Below are positions 49,522 through 62,775 of a DNA stretch of 64,000 bases, piece after piece. This stretch comes from Podarcis gaigeae (lineage: Eukaryota), in assembly GCA_964106915.2 (NCBI GenBank), contig OZ066919.1; one strand, written 5' to 3'. The position numbers and the translations under genes were made by a program. A model generated the notes under the pieces. That model did not search any database. It was not told the DNA's origin and was given only the letters and a program-made list of their open reading frames with translations. Within the stretch, counting starts at the first letter, position 1, and the number at the start of each line of letters is the position of its first letter.

Positions 49522-49984
49522 TGTCAGGGACTGCCACTGGAACAGGGGAGGGAGGCAGGGGGGCCATTGGGATACAGAGAGCCCCCAAAACTGAGGAGCA
49601 GTTCCTCTTCCAGCAGTGGGAAAAGCCACACCTCCAGTGCAGAAGAGGGGGAAGGGGCCAGTCATGCGAGGAAAGGGCTCGAGGATGCTGCAGAGAACCC
49701 CAGCACCTCATCTAGCCAGGCTGGCCAGGAGGGAGGCATGCCCCTTCCGTCACCTAGCATACGCAGAGGGGTGAAACGCAAAGAGGGGAGAAGGAGGCTT
49801 GGGGTGCTGAAGTTCTTCTGTTGGGGGAGAAACCGGAAGGGGCCACTCCCGGATTCTGCAAGTGACTGAGACGGACATGAACTTGGTAGATCTGCACTGT
49901 AAATAGTTTGCACAATAAAACCTGTAAAAGCCAGGTCAGAGTCCTGCCTGGTTACTCACGAGCAACCACCACCACCATCTGACA
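49522..49984 (+). mobile_element. Solo LTR (Gypsy-like), 463 bp
   Basis: TGTCAG...CTGACA termini, 5-bp TSD CTGAC (49517-49521, 49985-49989), AATAAA at 49914-49919, and a GC-rich body in AT-richer flanks. Confidence 0.88.
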
Positions 49985-50288
49985 CTGACAGTTCCCATCC
50001 TGATTCTTTCCCTCAACCACATGGCCACTATTTCTATTTTGTAAGATTAGGCATATTGATTGCAATCTCTCTAGGAATGGCATGCCTAGTTTGGCCCTGA
50101 TGGAACCCTAGCTCAAGTAAAGCTGGTTCCCATATTTGTTACTCCCCTTTCAAGTGCATTATTTAACAAACTGTATGCCCAGCTTGACACCTTTAGTGTC
50201 TACTTTTCACTGCAACCTTAGATGGCTAGAAATGTAGCAGCTGGTTGGAGCCAAACAAAGTGTAAAGAAGAGACACACATTCTTAAAA

Positions 50289-50291
<3 letters not shown>

Positions 50292-50334
<43 letters not shown>
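50292..50334. repeat. (TG)21 microsatellite
   Basis: Direct count. A shorter (TG)~11 lies at 51567-51589. Confidence 0.97.
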
Positions 50335-50335
<1 letters not shown>

Positions 50336-53300
50336 AGACTCCTGAGCAAACAATAGCTCCCTATCACAGTTTCACATGTGCTTAAGGAAGCATTTGTGCC
50401 TTTCACACTTCAGGTCTGTGCTACACAGGAAATACTATGTCCTTACAGCAAATGCAACTGCCATATAAAGTGTGGAATGTCTCATACAAGGATCTCAGAA
50501 AGCTTAAGAAATAGACTAGAAGAAACCCCTCTAAATGCTTACACAGTAGGTTGGGGGGGTGGAATAACAAGGAATTGTTGCTGTCTCGCATCATTCAGAG
50601 CATCCCAGCACTGGGCCAATTTGTGTCATGCAGAAACATCATAGGAAATGGTGCCCCACCTGCTGTTTTCAGTCTCACCAGAAGTCTCACTATTCATCCT
50701 TGACTGAGCAACCCAAGAGGCTCAAGTAAGGCAAATGACAGGTAGGGGATCCAAAACAGATGGAAGGATCCACCTGTGCTTGCAAAGCCAAGGAAACTCA
50801 GTCAGGCCTTTGTGATGAATCTCCTCTGCTTCTTGTTTACTCCAATCCCTTCTCTGAACAACTGCCTGCCCAGCTGCATGTCAGGGCACTCCCTCTAATC
50901 CCTATTAATTTAAGCAATGCTGGGCTGCTGCTCGCCCCAAACTCTTTATTATTTATCAGGTTTGTTTATTTGTAGCTAACAGGTAGTGCTCAGCGTGGGC
51001 CCCCAGGACAGAGACAGGGGCCGTTAATCATATTGGCTCCCCCGCCATCCGCCATCCGTCAATTACTCCTGCTTCCTTTAATTAGTAATGAGGACTAATA
51101 TCCCTGCCTCGCACACAGGCTGGAGTGGAACTCCCCTCCAGGGGAAGGAGAGAGTGAGGGCCAGGGGAGGATTCGAAATAAATAAGGGAAATGGGGCTCC
51201 TCTTTCTCAAGCAGCCACTAAGCCCCAGGCTCCTGTCACTCCTGGAGAAACAAGCAGCCCCCAAGGCCCTTATTTATCACCCACTTGAGAGTGCCTACTG
51301 CAAAAGGCAAGCAGGAATTATTTTTCCAAGCAGCAGACCCCTCTCCAGTTGATGCAGAGTGAGGAACAAGACAAGCAGCCTCAGTCACAGAGGTATGCAA
51401 AGAAGATCAGCAGGCCAAGGTTCTGCTCACACACAGAGGGCTTTCAAAATGAACCTGAGGGCAAGAAAGCTGGATGGGGCCCAAGCTCTGCAATGTTGGC
51501 CATCCAGAACTATAGTCCTGGAAAGCAAATACATTTTCTGATGCCCCTCAGTTCTGACCCAAATCTCTGTGTGTGTGTGTGTGTGTGTGCCTCACTCTAA
51601 TTCATCCCAGATCCAGCCTCTGTGTCCAGTCTTTTAGATGCCCACCAGCTCTAATTCCATGAATCCCTTGCAAGTCCAACCACACTCCTTGCTCAAAATT
51701 TTAATGCCCCACAGTTCCGATTCATGCTTCCAGCCCCAAATTATCTTCTTCATAGTTTAGGAGATTAGCTATGATTTCCATGCACAACCATACAAACCCA
51801 TACAAACATCAGGGAAAAGTGCCTGGGGGGGCATGAACACCCCTAGCCTTGAAGCCCAAACAAGGAGTGCCCCAGAGTAAAAGGAGGAATGAATTTTACA
51901 GCTCTATATTTCTGACTCCCTCCTTACAAGATCGCATTAGACATTTCCTCTTATTGGCATGGAATGGTATCCTCCTATATGTTTCCTTTCTGAAGAAACC
52001 AAGTCTAGACAGAATAACGTTGGAGGAGGGGAGAGAGGAGTGACTGAGAAAGTCCAACACTAGATTAGAGATTGAAACTATTTACAGAACACCTGCCACA
52101 TCCAATTGTTCTTCCTGTGAGTTCCCAAAAGGTAGTGGAGGAAGAAAGTTAAGTCAAATGGTCATTAAAGCTGGCTGTTGTGGGGAGTCTTGTGTGTGAG
52201 TAGGTTTACCCAATGCCTCAGGCAGCATAGGATACAAATTATGCCCTTGTGATTTATTGACTGGGGAAGTTTTTACACTGCAGCCCATTAAAACAGATGG
52301 CTCTGTTTACAGCTTGGGCTTCATGCCGTAGAAACCTACACTGACTGGATGTTAAGCTTATGATGACTCTGCAGGTGGACATCTCATTAAACATATCTGT
52401 ATGCACTGTGCTCAATATCCAAGCTTCATGAGCCCTTAGGGAGGTTTTTAATGAGTTTAATAAGTGAGATAGGTTATCAACTGTTCAGGCCTCTTGGCTC
52501 AATAGATCTGTAGGAGAACATACATAAAACTCTACAAATCAGAGCTATGTAGTGGTAGCTGTTACCACTTGAACACTAAGGTAGGGTCAACAATGGCCAG
52601 ACCAGGCCCGATTTTGCCCTCCAAGTTTCAAGGGATTAAGGAGCCTGTGTGACTACTTTCTCAATTTTTCAAATTCTTCTTACATTTGAAGGGCTCTGGG
52701 TTTGACATGGAGACTACTGTGGTTTCTCCAAAGAGTAAAAAATCTGAAAGAAAGTTGCTTGTGCCATAAGGCAGTTGGGGGGGGGGTCAGAGGTTTGACT
52801 GCCAGGAGAGTGGAGAGTGCTTGTCCTAGCTTGGAAGCTGCAGGGCTAGTCTGGTCTGAGGCTGCCCAAGGATGATGGAATATCCATGCTTCCAGACCCT
52901 CAGGATTTTACAGTGCCTTGGATCCAGAGATCCCATTCAAACATGTGGTCAATTACCCAGCATCCTTATCTACAGTTTCCTGAACTTGTTGAAAAGCTAC
53001 TGTGGTGGCTAACCCATTAAATCACTTTTCATGGTGGGCTGTAGCTACTCTGTGGTGGTAACTAATGGAGGCAATGTGTGTGTGCGGGAGAGCACAGTAT
53101 CAATGCAAAAGTTCCTGCTGCCATGCAGCTCCACTAGGTACCACTGCTGTTGCTGCCACTACCTGAGGGTGAAACAAATGCTCCCTTCTCTGATCACAGA
53201 ACCAGGCCCCATGTGGGGAGAAAATAGTTGGGAGGGAGTATGCTGGAAAGCAGAGCAGACAAGTGAAAGGAGCTCTCAAGATGGTAAAACAAACTTTTCT

Positions 53301-56300
53301 TAATTAATGCAAACTTTCTAGTCCAACATATTTATGAAACCTACTTTGCATGGTAATGTTGACAACTGTACAAATCCTTCTGGGCATGGAATAAACTACT
53401 TGTGTAGGCCATGATAGCCAGCTATTGCCCTCCAAATTGTCTGGGTGGAAGGGAAAGAAGAAACAGGCAGAGTTGGCATTTTCACCACTAATTCTCTCCT
53501 AAACAGGCTGCATCTCTCAGAAATGAAATTTTGTAGGCGATTAGCTCACAATGTGAACTTAATCGCTTTGGGTATTTAAAAAGCCCCATTAAATTAAATG
53601 GCCAAGATATTGAGGTTTAAGCAGTGGCTGCGTCCAATGCACAGTAACTCCCAAGCTCATTACCAGCATTGCCAATTTTGCAGTTGGAATTACAGACCCA
53701 TGAGAGGCTGAGCTATTTAATGCCCATTCACAGAACACAGCACAACAGAGCTTTTTTGGGGGGTGAAATGGCTGCAGTAACACAAAGCTTGTGGCAAAAA
53801 GGGCTAATGTGACATTCATGTGTAAATAGGGATGAATTGAACATGCCATTGGGGGGGGGGAGATAGCTACCAGATACCACACACAAATCAGAGTTCCAAA
53901 ACCAGGGTGAAAAGGAAAAATAAAGTGGCAGTGGCACAAATGCCATTTTGGCAACATATATATGGAATGGGAAGTTGATACACATGGCAGCTTAGTGATC
54001 AGTCTAAACATAGTGAAAGAATACTGTTGTGCATGTTATGAATATGTTTGCTGTCTGTCCACTAGTGCCTATCCATTAGGAAGGGATGGGGATACTCCCA
54101 CTTCCCAAATCAAAGAAATTCAAGTTTGCAACTAACTTTTAACATTCCTTGAGGCCACATTTGTGATCTTGCATGTTGACAACTGTACAAATGTACTGTG
54201 TAGGACACTGTAGGACACAGCAGCAGCAAGGCCCACAGCAGAGCTGGCACAAAACCAAACAGATTGTTGTTTAATTCCAGCTTTGAGGAAGAAATAGTTG
54301 GAATGACTGAAGAGGCTGGGCTCTGCTTTACATTCCTCTCTGTAACACTATTGAGCTGTAAGTGATTGCAATTTTACCTGACATTGTTCATTTAAATTAT
54401 TTACACTCCTCAAGTGTAGATATGCAACTTTTCTTGGAATGCCTTGCGAGGGGAGACTGGGACAACAGCTTTAAAATTACTTGCATCTATCACTCAATCG
54501 CTTTCAAGTTGCACACACCACTCTGGACTTAATGACATCATTTCTGCAGTCACAAATCTGTCACTGATTTTGGCTTAAAGCCAACAGGATTCCCTGTCTG
54601 AGAGCTGAAATTACCAGGCTTCTCAATGATGGAAGAACCTCATCACTCAAACTACACTCTTCCTGCAAGTTGTGAAAAGTGTGGTTTCCTCTCTCTCTTC
54701 TGGCATGAAACATGTTGCATTGTAAATACTATGGAATACAGAATGGACAAATGAAGCAACCCAATCCCTCATTCTAATTCTATACTGAGTATAGCGAATA
54801 TTTGCCAGAGGATGGGGTCAAGTAAGGAATAAGACAAGACAGGAGAATCCAGAAATCAACATGGCTTATTATCCTTTAAAGAAGCTCCGATTCCCATACT
54901 GCCTCCCCCCCCCCCCAACATTAACATAGGAATTAATTCCAGCGGGTCAGTGGCCAGGGAGAGGGAGAGAAAATCTACACTATTAACCTTCTGTGGCTGC
55001 CCATACCAAAAGAGCAACTGCATCAAATAATTTGCATGAGCTTGCCTGTGCATAAGGTTAGCTTTAGAGGCCCAGCTCCTAGTCAATCTTTACTGAATAT
55101 TGGATTGATGAGTACTACAGACAGTGCTTTTTCAGTGGTGGTACCACAGATATTCTCTGCCTGGGAACAATCATCCTCTCTTTACATTCATGAAATAGGC
55201 CTTTTATTATTATTATTCTGGCAGGCATTTTCTATTTGATCTTTGCAGTTCTAAGAAAAGAATGGTTTTAAGCTCAATGGTTTTATTGTGGTATTTTTAG
55301 TCTCATTTTATTATTTCCGATAGTTTATCTTTTTATACTGAAAGCAACTTTGATTAAATCGGTGAAAAGCTGAACAGAAATAACTTTACATACATGCAAA
55401 CTAATGAGCCACCAAACCCTTTTGGAAAGCCGAAGCAATGAGTGCAGTGCTGGTACAATTAACTCAAGCAGTCACGAATCTTTGCTTCTGCCATTGATTT
55501 CGATTCAACTCCAATTTTATGCTTTGACCTTCTCCCCACAGCTCTTGCTCCCAAACCAACAAACAAATCTTATGCAGTTTTCTGTCTGAGAACAACTATA
55601 AGAAATCCCAGTGAACAATAAGAGCACCTAGGGAGAAGAGCACCCCTCTGGCTTTGGTTTGTTTTAAGCCCTCATGTTTCTGCGTAGAAGCCTCTTGGCT
55701 GAGTGGTGATGCAAAATGAATATTGTGAGCTCCAGTATGGCTTCCTCTGCTGCCAGGAAGATATTATTCTGATGAAAGTAATATACAATTCAACTTTAGC
55801 AGAGAAATAGCCCCTAACAGAATTTGTATCTACAAAAGCTCATGCAAGTTATGGTTTCAAATGATGATCCAAGAAGGAAGATGAAAAGGCAAAACAGTCT
55901 ACTTGTCTAACCACAGACTTCTTCACTGCTGATCCTTGGCCAAACAAGTGGATCAGAATGATTCCAAAATGCAGCCCGATGCACAGAAGCCTTTTTCTTC
56001 AACTGCCAGAAAATGGTTAGCAATGGCAGGCCATTTAAAGTAAACGCAGGGTCTCTTCCAACAAGCCTGACTGATTCAAGATTGGCAAGAAGGTGCCTGT
56101 GTGCCCAAGCATAACCAATCAGGGTTCAGGACCGGGCTGGCCTTCACTGTACCATTTTCCAGATGTAAAGCAAAGGGGCGTTCCTAATGGTTTATAATTG
56201 TGTTGGAAAGATTTTGCTTGTCCCTTGAGTGGGAAAGGTCATGAACCATAGCTACTGCCCAACTGCTAAGTAATGGTTGTTTTTAATCTAAATTGTACAC

Positions 56301-57939
56301 ATAACAAAGCTGGATTCCATCCAAGACTGTTCATTACTATTCCATTCATCATGTGACAACCAATGCTGCAATATCTGCCAGGAAGGGGAAGAAAAATAAT
56401 AGCAGTGTCGTGGGGCTGCTGTCAAACACAACCAGCCTAAGCAACAGGTATGAGTGCCTGAGGAATGGGAGAAGGGCATTGGAGGTTAGCTTCCTGTTAA
56501 CTTACTGAAACATGAAATCAAACTTTCAGTTCATAGTCAAAGGGCAGGCATATAGTCCAAATAAAAGCAGGTAGTACTGGGTCCTGCTCAAACTATGTAG
56601 TACTATTCTCTGAGGTCCATTCACTCTCCACAACACATGCATTGTGACAGATCCACCAAACTTAGGAGAGGTCTAAGAGTTGAAAATTTTCTACACCAGT
56701 CCTCAATGCTCTGTCCTGAATAGCATGCCCAGCAATGGTGCCTGCCAGTCCCCTCCTTTCTTCTTTCCCACTGCTTAATGGAATATGAACCAATCATTCA
56801 GAAGGAGTTACACCATCAGGGTGTAATGCACTAATGGGTAAGAGAACAGATTAGGGCACCACTTATGTTACATCCCCATCGAGGTGGAGCAATGGGTTGG
56901 ATCTCCTGGAATAATATTACAAGAGGCAGAGATGGAAGGCCTTCACCCCGCAGAGTTTTGTTTCTGTTCAGCAGCAATTTACCATGTGAAGGGACTGGAT
57001 ATTTATAATTATGCTCAGAGTGGCCACTTTGAAAAATCTATATGTCTCTAGGCTCTGCGTACATCACCATGTCAGCTCTCTGAACAGAGGCATCCATCAG
57101 CTACCACGCATCACAGATCTTGGAGAGCACTTGAGAAATGCTTAGTGAGGCCTGTGTCCAACCATCCTGGCTGAGAAGGCATTCTGGTCCAAAGCAGCCA
57201 CCTTAGCCTGGGCCAATAAAGTAGGGCACTGCAACCACACCACCACCAAAGAATAAGACTCAGTAACTGGAGCCTGGGTTTTGTCCAGGAAGTGATGTCA
57301 GCATCACAGGATTTTAGTCTTAGCATCTATGAAGTTAGCAGAATCTTGTTTTGTGCTTTCTCCAATCATACCAGGTATACTGGCAGAAATATGGAGTCAA
57401 GATGTACAATGATGGAGGGGGAAATCACTCAAACTGAAAAAGATGAGATACAGAAACTCATGTCCACATCTATTTATCCATCCATCGAGAGGCAAAAGCA
57501 GGTGCAAGGGGACTTTTGGATGACATCACACTGGCAGGATCATTCCAAATACTTTTCATAATTCAGTCTCCCCCAAGCAACTCTCATCGTAAAGGTGAAG
57601 ACATCAAGGTCCAATGGAACTTCTTGAGAATGTAAAAATCGTGATGTTGGCTCAGTCTAAAGGCCCATCTTGTCCAACCTGTTATCACAGTGGCTGGCCA
57701 GCTGCCTTGGGGAAGCTTGCAAGCAGAACATCAGTGCAACAGCACTCTTGATGGCACTCAAAGAACAATGACCTCCATCCCTTTTATTTAAATCATGTGT
57801 TTTTCCCAGGATGTGGGTGGATATGCTCTAACTAACCTGCCATGCTTCTGCGAAGAGTGAAGAAGAGCTGTTATCAGGCACAGAGAGGGCTGGAAGCGGA
57901 CGCACCATGCTTCCTTCCCTAACACTCTGCCCAGGCTGT

Positions 57940-58260
57940 TCTTAAAAATTTATTACTCTGTTGCAACATGAAAAATAAGACAGAGAAGCAATCATTAGTA
58001 TAACTATAACTCCCCGTGCAATAGTCACACTTGTAAATTGAGATTTATGATTGCAGCTGCCGATATTTTAGAGCAGGGTGCCTGCGCCGGCATCAGCAAA
58101 GCCCCGCTGCTCGCTGCCCCGGCGCTGTTACAGTTTATCACAATCTGCAGAGATTATTGCAATGAATAATACAGAACAGGCTGGCAGTGAAGAACTATTC
58201 CCGATCAAACGCTTCTGTAAACAACTGAATAAATAATATTTCTCATCCCCTCTTTGAAGC
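57940..58260. promoter_or_regulatory. Putative conserved enhancer (ERI3 intron)
   Basis: AT-rich flanks around a CpG-rich core (58080-58130), RFX-like GTTGCAACATG, GTAAACA. Confidence 0.5.
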
Positions 58261-60029
58261 CCTTGCGGGCCTGGGGAGATCACTCATTGCACAGTAGAAG
58301 AGCTAAGGGCTTGGAGAGAGTGGGGGGGGGGGAGATGGTCATTAGATTAAATGCAACACCAGGCATGCGGTGGAAGCTCTATGAAGACCAAGCTCTATCA
58401 GTCACAGCTGGCAAAACCTCCACTTGTTTACGGAGGAGCAGCCAGTGAAGAAGGGGCATGACTAAGACTGTATCACAAGTCTGTGGCAGAGAACAGATTG
58501 AATACCCAGTCTTCTGAAATTTAGCCCAGTGAAATTGAGAAATATTCAGCTAGGATTGAGCCAAGTATTATTTCAACACATATCTACTTGTCTAAGTAAA
58601 TGAAAAGATCACATTGAAAGACAACAGAGAAAGAGGCAGACAAGAGAAGGAGGAATTTGCTCACAGGCAGGTTCAGGAGCAGGTGCAAGTATGATGAAAC
58701 GACATCCCCCGAGACACACCAGGGCTGCCTCTCAGGCCATGTAGAGTTTGAGGGTATGCAGGGAGGCCAGACTCTCCGCATGCATAAATGTCAATAAGTA
58801 ATGTAACATGATGAGGATTATGTGCCAACAACTGCAAAAAGGGCATATCTTGCAGGATGTTAAAGGATAAAGTTCACCTCTGGAACAGCCTTCAATTTTT
58901 CACTGCTACAGCAGAGCCATTCTTGTCTCTCTTTAACCTGTTCTGTGTGGTTTCAATGTTCAGCATGACAGCTCAAGTATTGGGGAGCCAAAGGGACGTT
59001 AAGCCAGAGCTTTCTATTTTTCGTCATCTACTACTGAATTATTTCAAGAAAAGCACCCCATTCAATTTTTTTGTCATCCCAGTCTAGGAGACTGGATGGA
59101 AATACGGCATACATGTTCATAATATTCATAGTTAACAAGGGAACATGGAACAGGAACCAAAGGTTTATTCTGGGACATGAACACACAGCTTTTGTGGGGG
59201 GCGGGGCTGAAACCTCTGCACCACCACTTTGCCTTATAGAAAACAGGCAGTTTTAGTGCTGCATGAAAAGGTCTTATGGTGAGTGTGGGAATGGGAGAAA
59301 CCAAGTCACATTATTTAATTAATTACTGTAGGATAGCTAATTTCATTAATAGTGATGAAAAATGAAATAGCTTTGCAAAATGCACTTGAATGTCTGGTGC
59401 CCCTATGATGGTGTGAGAGCAAAGGAATCAGAAGAAAGAGATGCACACCAGTAGAGCAGAGCAACTACCAAGGGAAGTTCTGCCTCATTCAGGCTTAGAA
59501 AGACAAAACAACCCTCCAAGGTCATGAAGGTAAAAGGCAAGGATTAATCTGATTCTTTGGGTCTTGGCTATTAGCTTAGAGGGCTTGTCTGTATGGATTG
59601 CTCTAGCTTTCTCTCTACCTCCAGAAAAAAAAGTGAAGAGGAATACCTTTTTATAAAGTTTCTCAACAGTTCTGACTTACACCTCTATTCATATTGCTGC
59701 TGCCCTTATTCTCACTGTCTTCTGGCTCTCCTTTACTCATTTTTCTTCCTATCTTACTTGAGAAAGACACCCTAGCTATATTCTGAATTTGTACTTATCT
59801 TCTCCTTGGACCACCATTAAGGTTGTTCCAAATACTGTCTTTCCCAGGGTCTTAGGATCACTTTACATTACACTGGTGTTTCACCATACAGTCCAACAGC
59901 TTGTTTCCGATGGCTGAGACAATGGATTTAAATGTTCATGCCAGAGAAACATATTTATAGTATCAACTGCTTAGACCACCATTTCCATCCCATTGCCACA
60001 GTGAGTTCCAAGATGATGATTCCATAGCC

Positions 60030-60133
60030 GGTGGAGTCAACTAACTTCTACTCAGAGTAGACCCATTGAGATAAATGAACATGACTTAACCTAAGTGGGG
60101 TCTACGCTGAGTAAAAGTTAGTTGAACACAGCC
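60030..60133. mobile_element. Short palindromic MITE-like repeat
   Basis: tcaactaacttctactcagagtagaccc / gggtctacgctgagtaaaagttagttga inverted arms. Confidence 0.7.
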
Positions 60134-60433
60134 TTGTGTATAGAATTTAGAAGGATATCTTGTTAATATTATCTCTCATCCCAATTGACTACTAATATTT
60201 CATAGATCCCCTTAGGAAATGCTGTGGCACCAAGTCTGGAAGCAGATACAGATTGCAGTTCCTGTTCTTGCATGGTCTGTATTGGCCCTAGATGTGAACC
60301 ATACACAGTATGGGCCTTATTCCTTTCTGAGTTTTAGCCAAGTCTTTGGTTATTGTTCTTTCTCAACCATCCCACCAAGAACTAACAGAGATAATTACTA
60401 AAGTCCTGTATATTTGCTGGGCACTTACAACTA

Positions 60434-60656
60434 CAGTGGTACCTCGGGTTACAGATGCTTAAGGTTACAGACTCCGCTAACCTAGAAATAGTACCTTGGG
60501 TTAAGAACTTTGCTTCAGGATGAGAACAGAAATTGTGCGCTGGCAGCGTGGTGGCAGCAGGAGGCCCCATTAGCTAAAGTGGTACCTCAGGTTAACAGTT
60601 TCAGGTTAATAACGGACCTCCAGAACGAATTAAGTTCTTAACCCGAGGTACTGCTG
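60434..60656. mobile_element. Tc1/mariner MITE, 223 bp
   Basis: TA|CAGTGGTACCTCGGGTTA ... TAACCCGAGGTACTGCTG|TA. Confidence 0.9.
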
Positions 60657-60899
60657 TACTTGGAAAGGTATCAACAAATGAATGGCAAAAGTCTGGCACC
60701 TGGGAAGACATTCTCCACTACAGAGACACCAGTAAATAATGCACAATTTTCTGAGGCTGGCCAAACTCCCAAATACCCCAGCTTTTGTGAGGCCAGGAAT
60801 AACTTCGCTTTGCATTGTGAATGCGAGCCAATCATTCCACTTTCCTCAAAGGGCCCTGGTGGGACAAGGGCCCAGTCTCAGCGGAGAGAGGTGGTGAGT

Positions 60900-61265
60900 C
60901 TGTGCTCTATGAGCAGGAATCGGTTCCAATTAATCCCCTCTCAGCTTGGCCTGCCCGCTTCATTACCTCCCCTTGATGAGAACCATCAGTGGGGCCTGTA
61001 TGATTTTGCTAATTAGCCTCACTTCGTTTATCATTTCCATTTTCTCTCAGCGACGCACGGCTTGCTGGGCGACAGCTTCATCTCCTGCTGAAACAATGCG
61101 GCCCCTTCTGTGCCTGTCTCACTTAGCGCTGTCACTGCAGCCATTATGAAATTGGGGTTTCATTTACACACTAATTAAACATTACAGCTTGTTCACAATT
61201 ACAACACGGGGATGAGGAGGTAACTAATTACTTAAGAAATGAGCTAACATTTATCTCCAATTCTC
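60900..61265. promoter_or_regulatory. Putative conserved enhancer (ERI3 intron)
   Basis: GCTAATTAGC, CTAATTAA, AACAATG (SOX), TTAATCC, CpG retention. Confidence 0.5.
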
Positions 61266-62619
61266 TTCTTTATCCATCTCCCCTCCCCACTCCCTCTGCA
61301 ATCAAGATTAGATTGTTGTTCAACAGAGATGGTGCTGGAGGCCCTTGGTAGCCTCAACCCATGCAGCCCCCCTTCTGAGTACACTTTGCGGGGTTCGGTT
61401 GTAGGACAATAAATCAGTCCCTAATTGCTTCTAAGGTTGCAGGGGACCACCAGAGTCACTAACACACCAGACAAAGGCTGAGGAAGCAAGCACCTTGGCA
61501 CTCGCCCTAAGTATTGTTAGGGAGGGCGGTTGAGTTGATGCATGTGTCTCCCCCACCCCACCTCAGGTAATAATAAGAAAAATACACGGCGACCAGCATT
61601 TTTCATCTGGGGAAAACAGACTAATTCATTGCTAATTTACCTCTGAAAAAGGCCTCTGACCCCTATTCTTAATCACTGCTTTGCATCAGGCGCTGCTCTA
61701 GGTGTTCGTGATCATGCCCTATCCTTCATTAAGCCAGTAGCCCAGCCCCACAATATTTACTGACTTGCTCCCCTCCAAGTGGTCACAGTCTCGGGCTCAA
61801 ATATGTGTTTGTATTTGTGCTGTTATAATCCAGAACCAGGCAGTACAAGCAATGAGGAAAATCAATGGTTCTTTTTATTTCCCCAGGGAGGCGTAGACGG
61901 GGAGTTAACTGCCATGACAGTTTGGGCTGGAGCCAACACCACTGTTCCCTTCTGATTTGGTCATTCCTGTCACATAGGGAGGCAAGCTAGTCTTCTTGCA
62001 CCGTTGCAACAGAGACTAAGCTGTTTGCCAAACAATATTCACTCCCTTCCTACCCACAAAAAATTACCTTACTGAGTAAAGCTAAGCTTTTGGTTTAACT
62101 TGCCTACTTACCTGTTTAAAATTAGTTTGCTTGTAACACTTTTTTAAAAAAACACTGAAGTACTTTAATGAAGTTTGGTGCGCATGTTCTAGATTTCAAG
62201 TTTTAAAACCAGCTCAGCCCCCATACCCATCCTCAAAGTCAGAGAGGGACCTGCAAAATATTATGGTATTTGCCTAAAAGGCAGAGACATCAGGAAGAAT
62301 GTTGGTGTGCACTTTAGAACATTTTTTTAAAAAGGGGTGCAGATTACAAAATATATTGGTACGTGATTATTTAAAGTAAGAACTCTAGAATGTTGTCATT
62401 TACTAATAATATTTGTGCTTTATTAGTATTATTTGTATTGCACAAATGTTCTTAAATGGAGCAATTAATACCTAGAAGGACAGCTATTACCAAAAGGTCT
62501 CTCGGCTCAAAATCAGAACAAACTGCCAAAATGTGTGCTTATTGGTTTCATGCATCTCCCACTCTTCCTTTAGAACTAATTAGTTAAGAAATGAGCTAAC
62601 TTTTATATCAAATTCTGCT

Positions 62620-62775
62620 CCCCTTTGTTTTACCATGTTTGTATCACAACCAACCCAGTGTGGTAGGCTATACTGAAAGATAGTGACTGTTCAAGCCATG
62701 TGGAGCTTGGCTGAGTGGAGATTTAAACCTAAGTTTCCCACATACAAATCAATATTCTAGCCGCAACGCCACAAA
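62620..62775 (-). mobile_element. MIR-like SINE remnant
   Basis: Similar to 32088-32305 (ggtaggct..gctgagtggagatttaaacct..). Confidence 0.45.
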
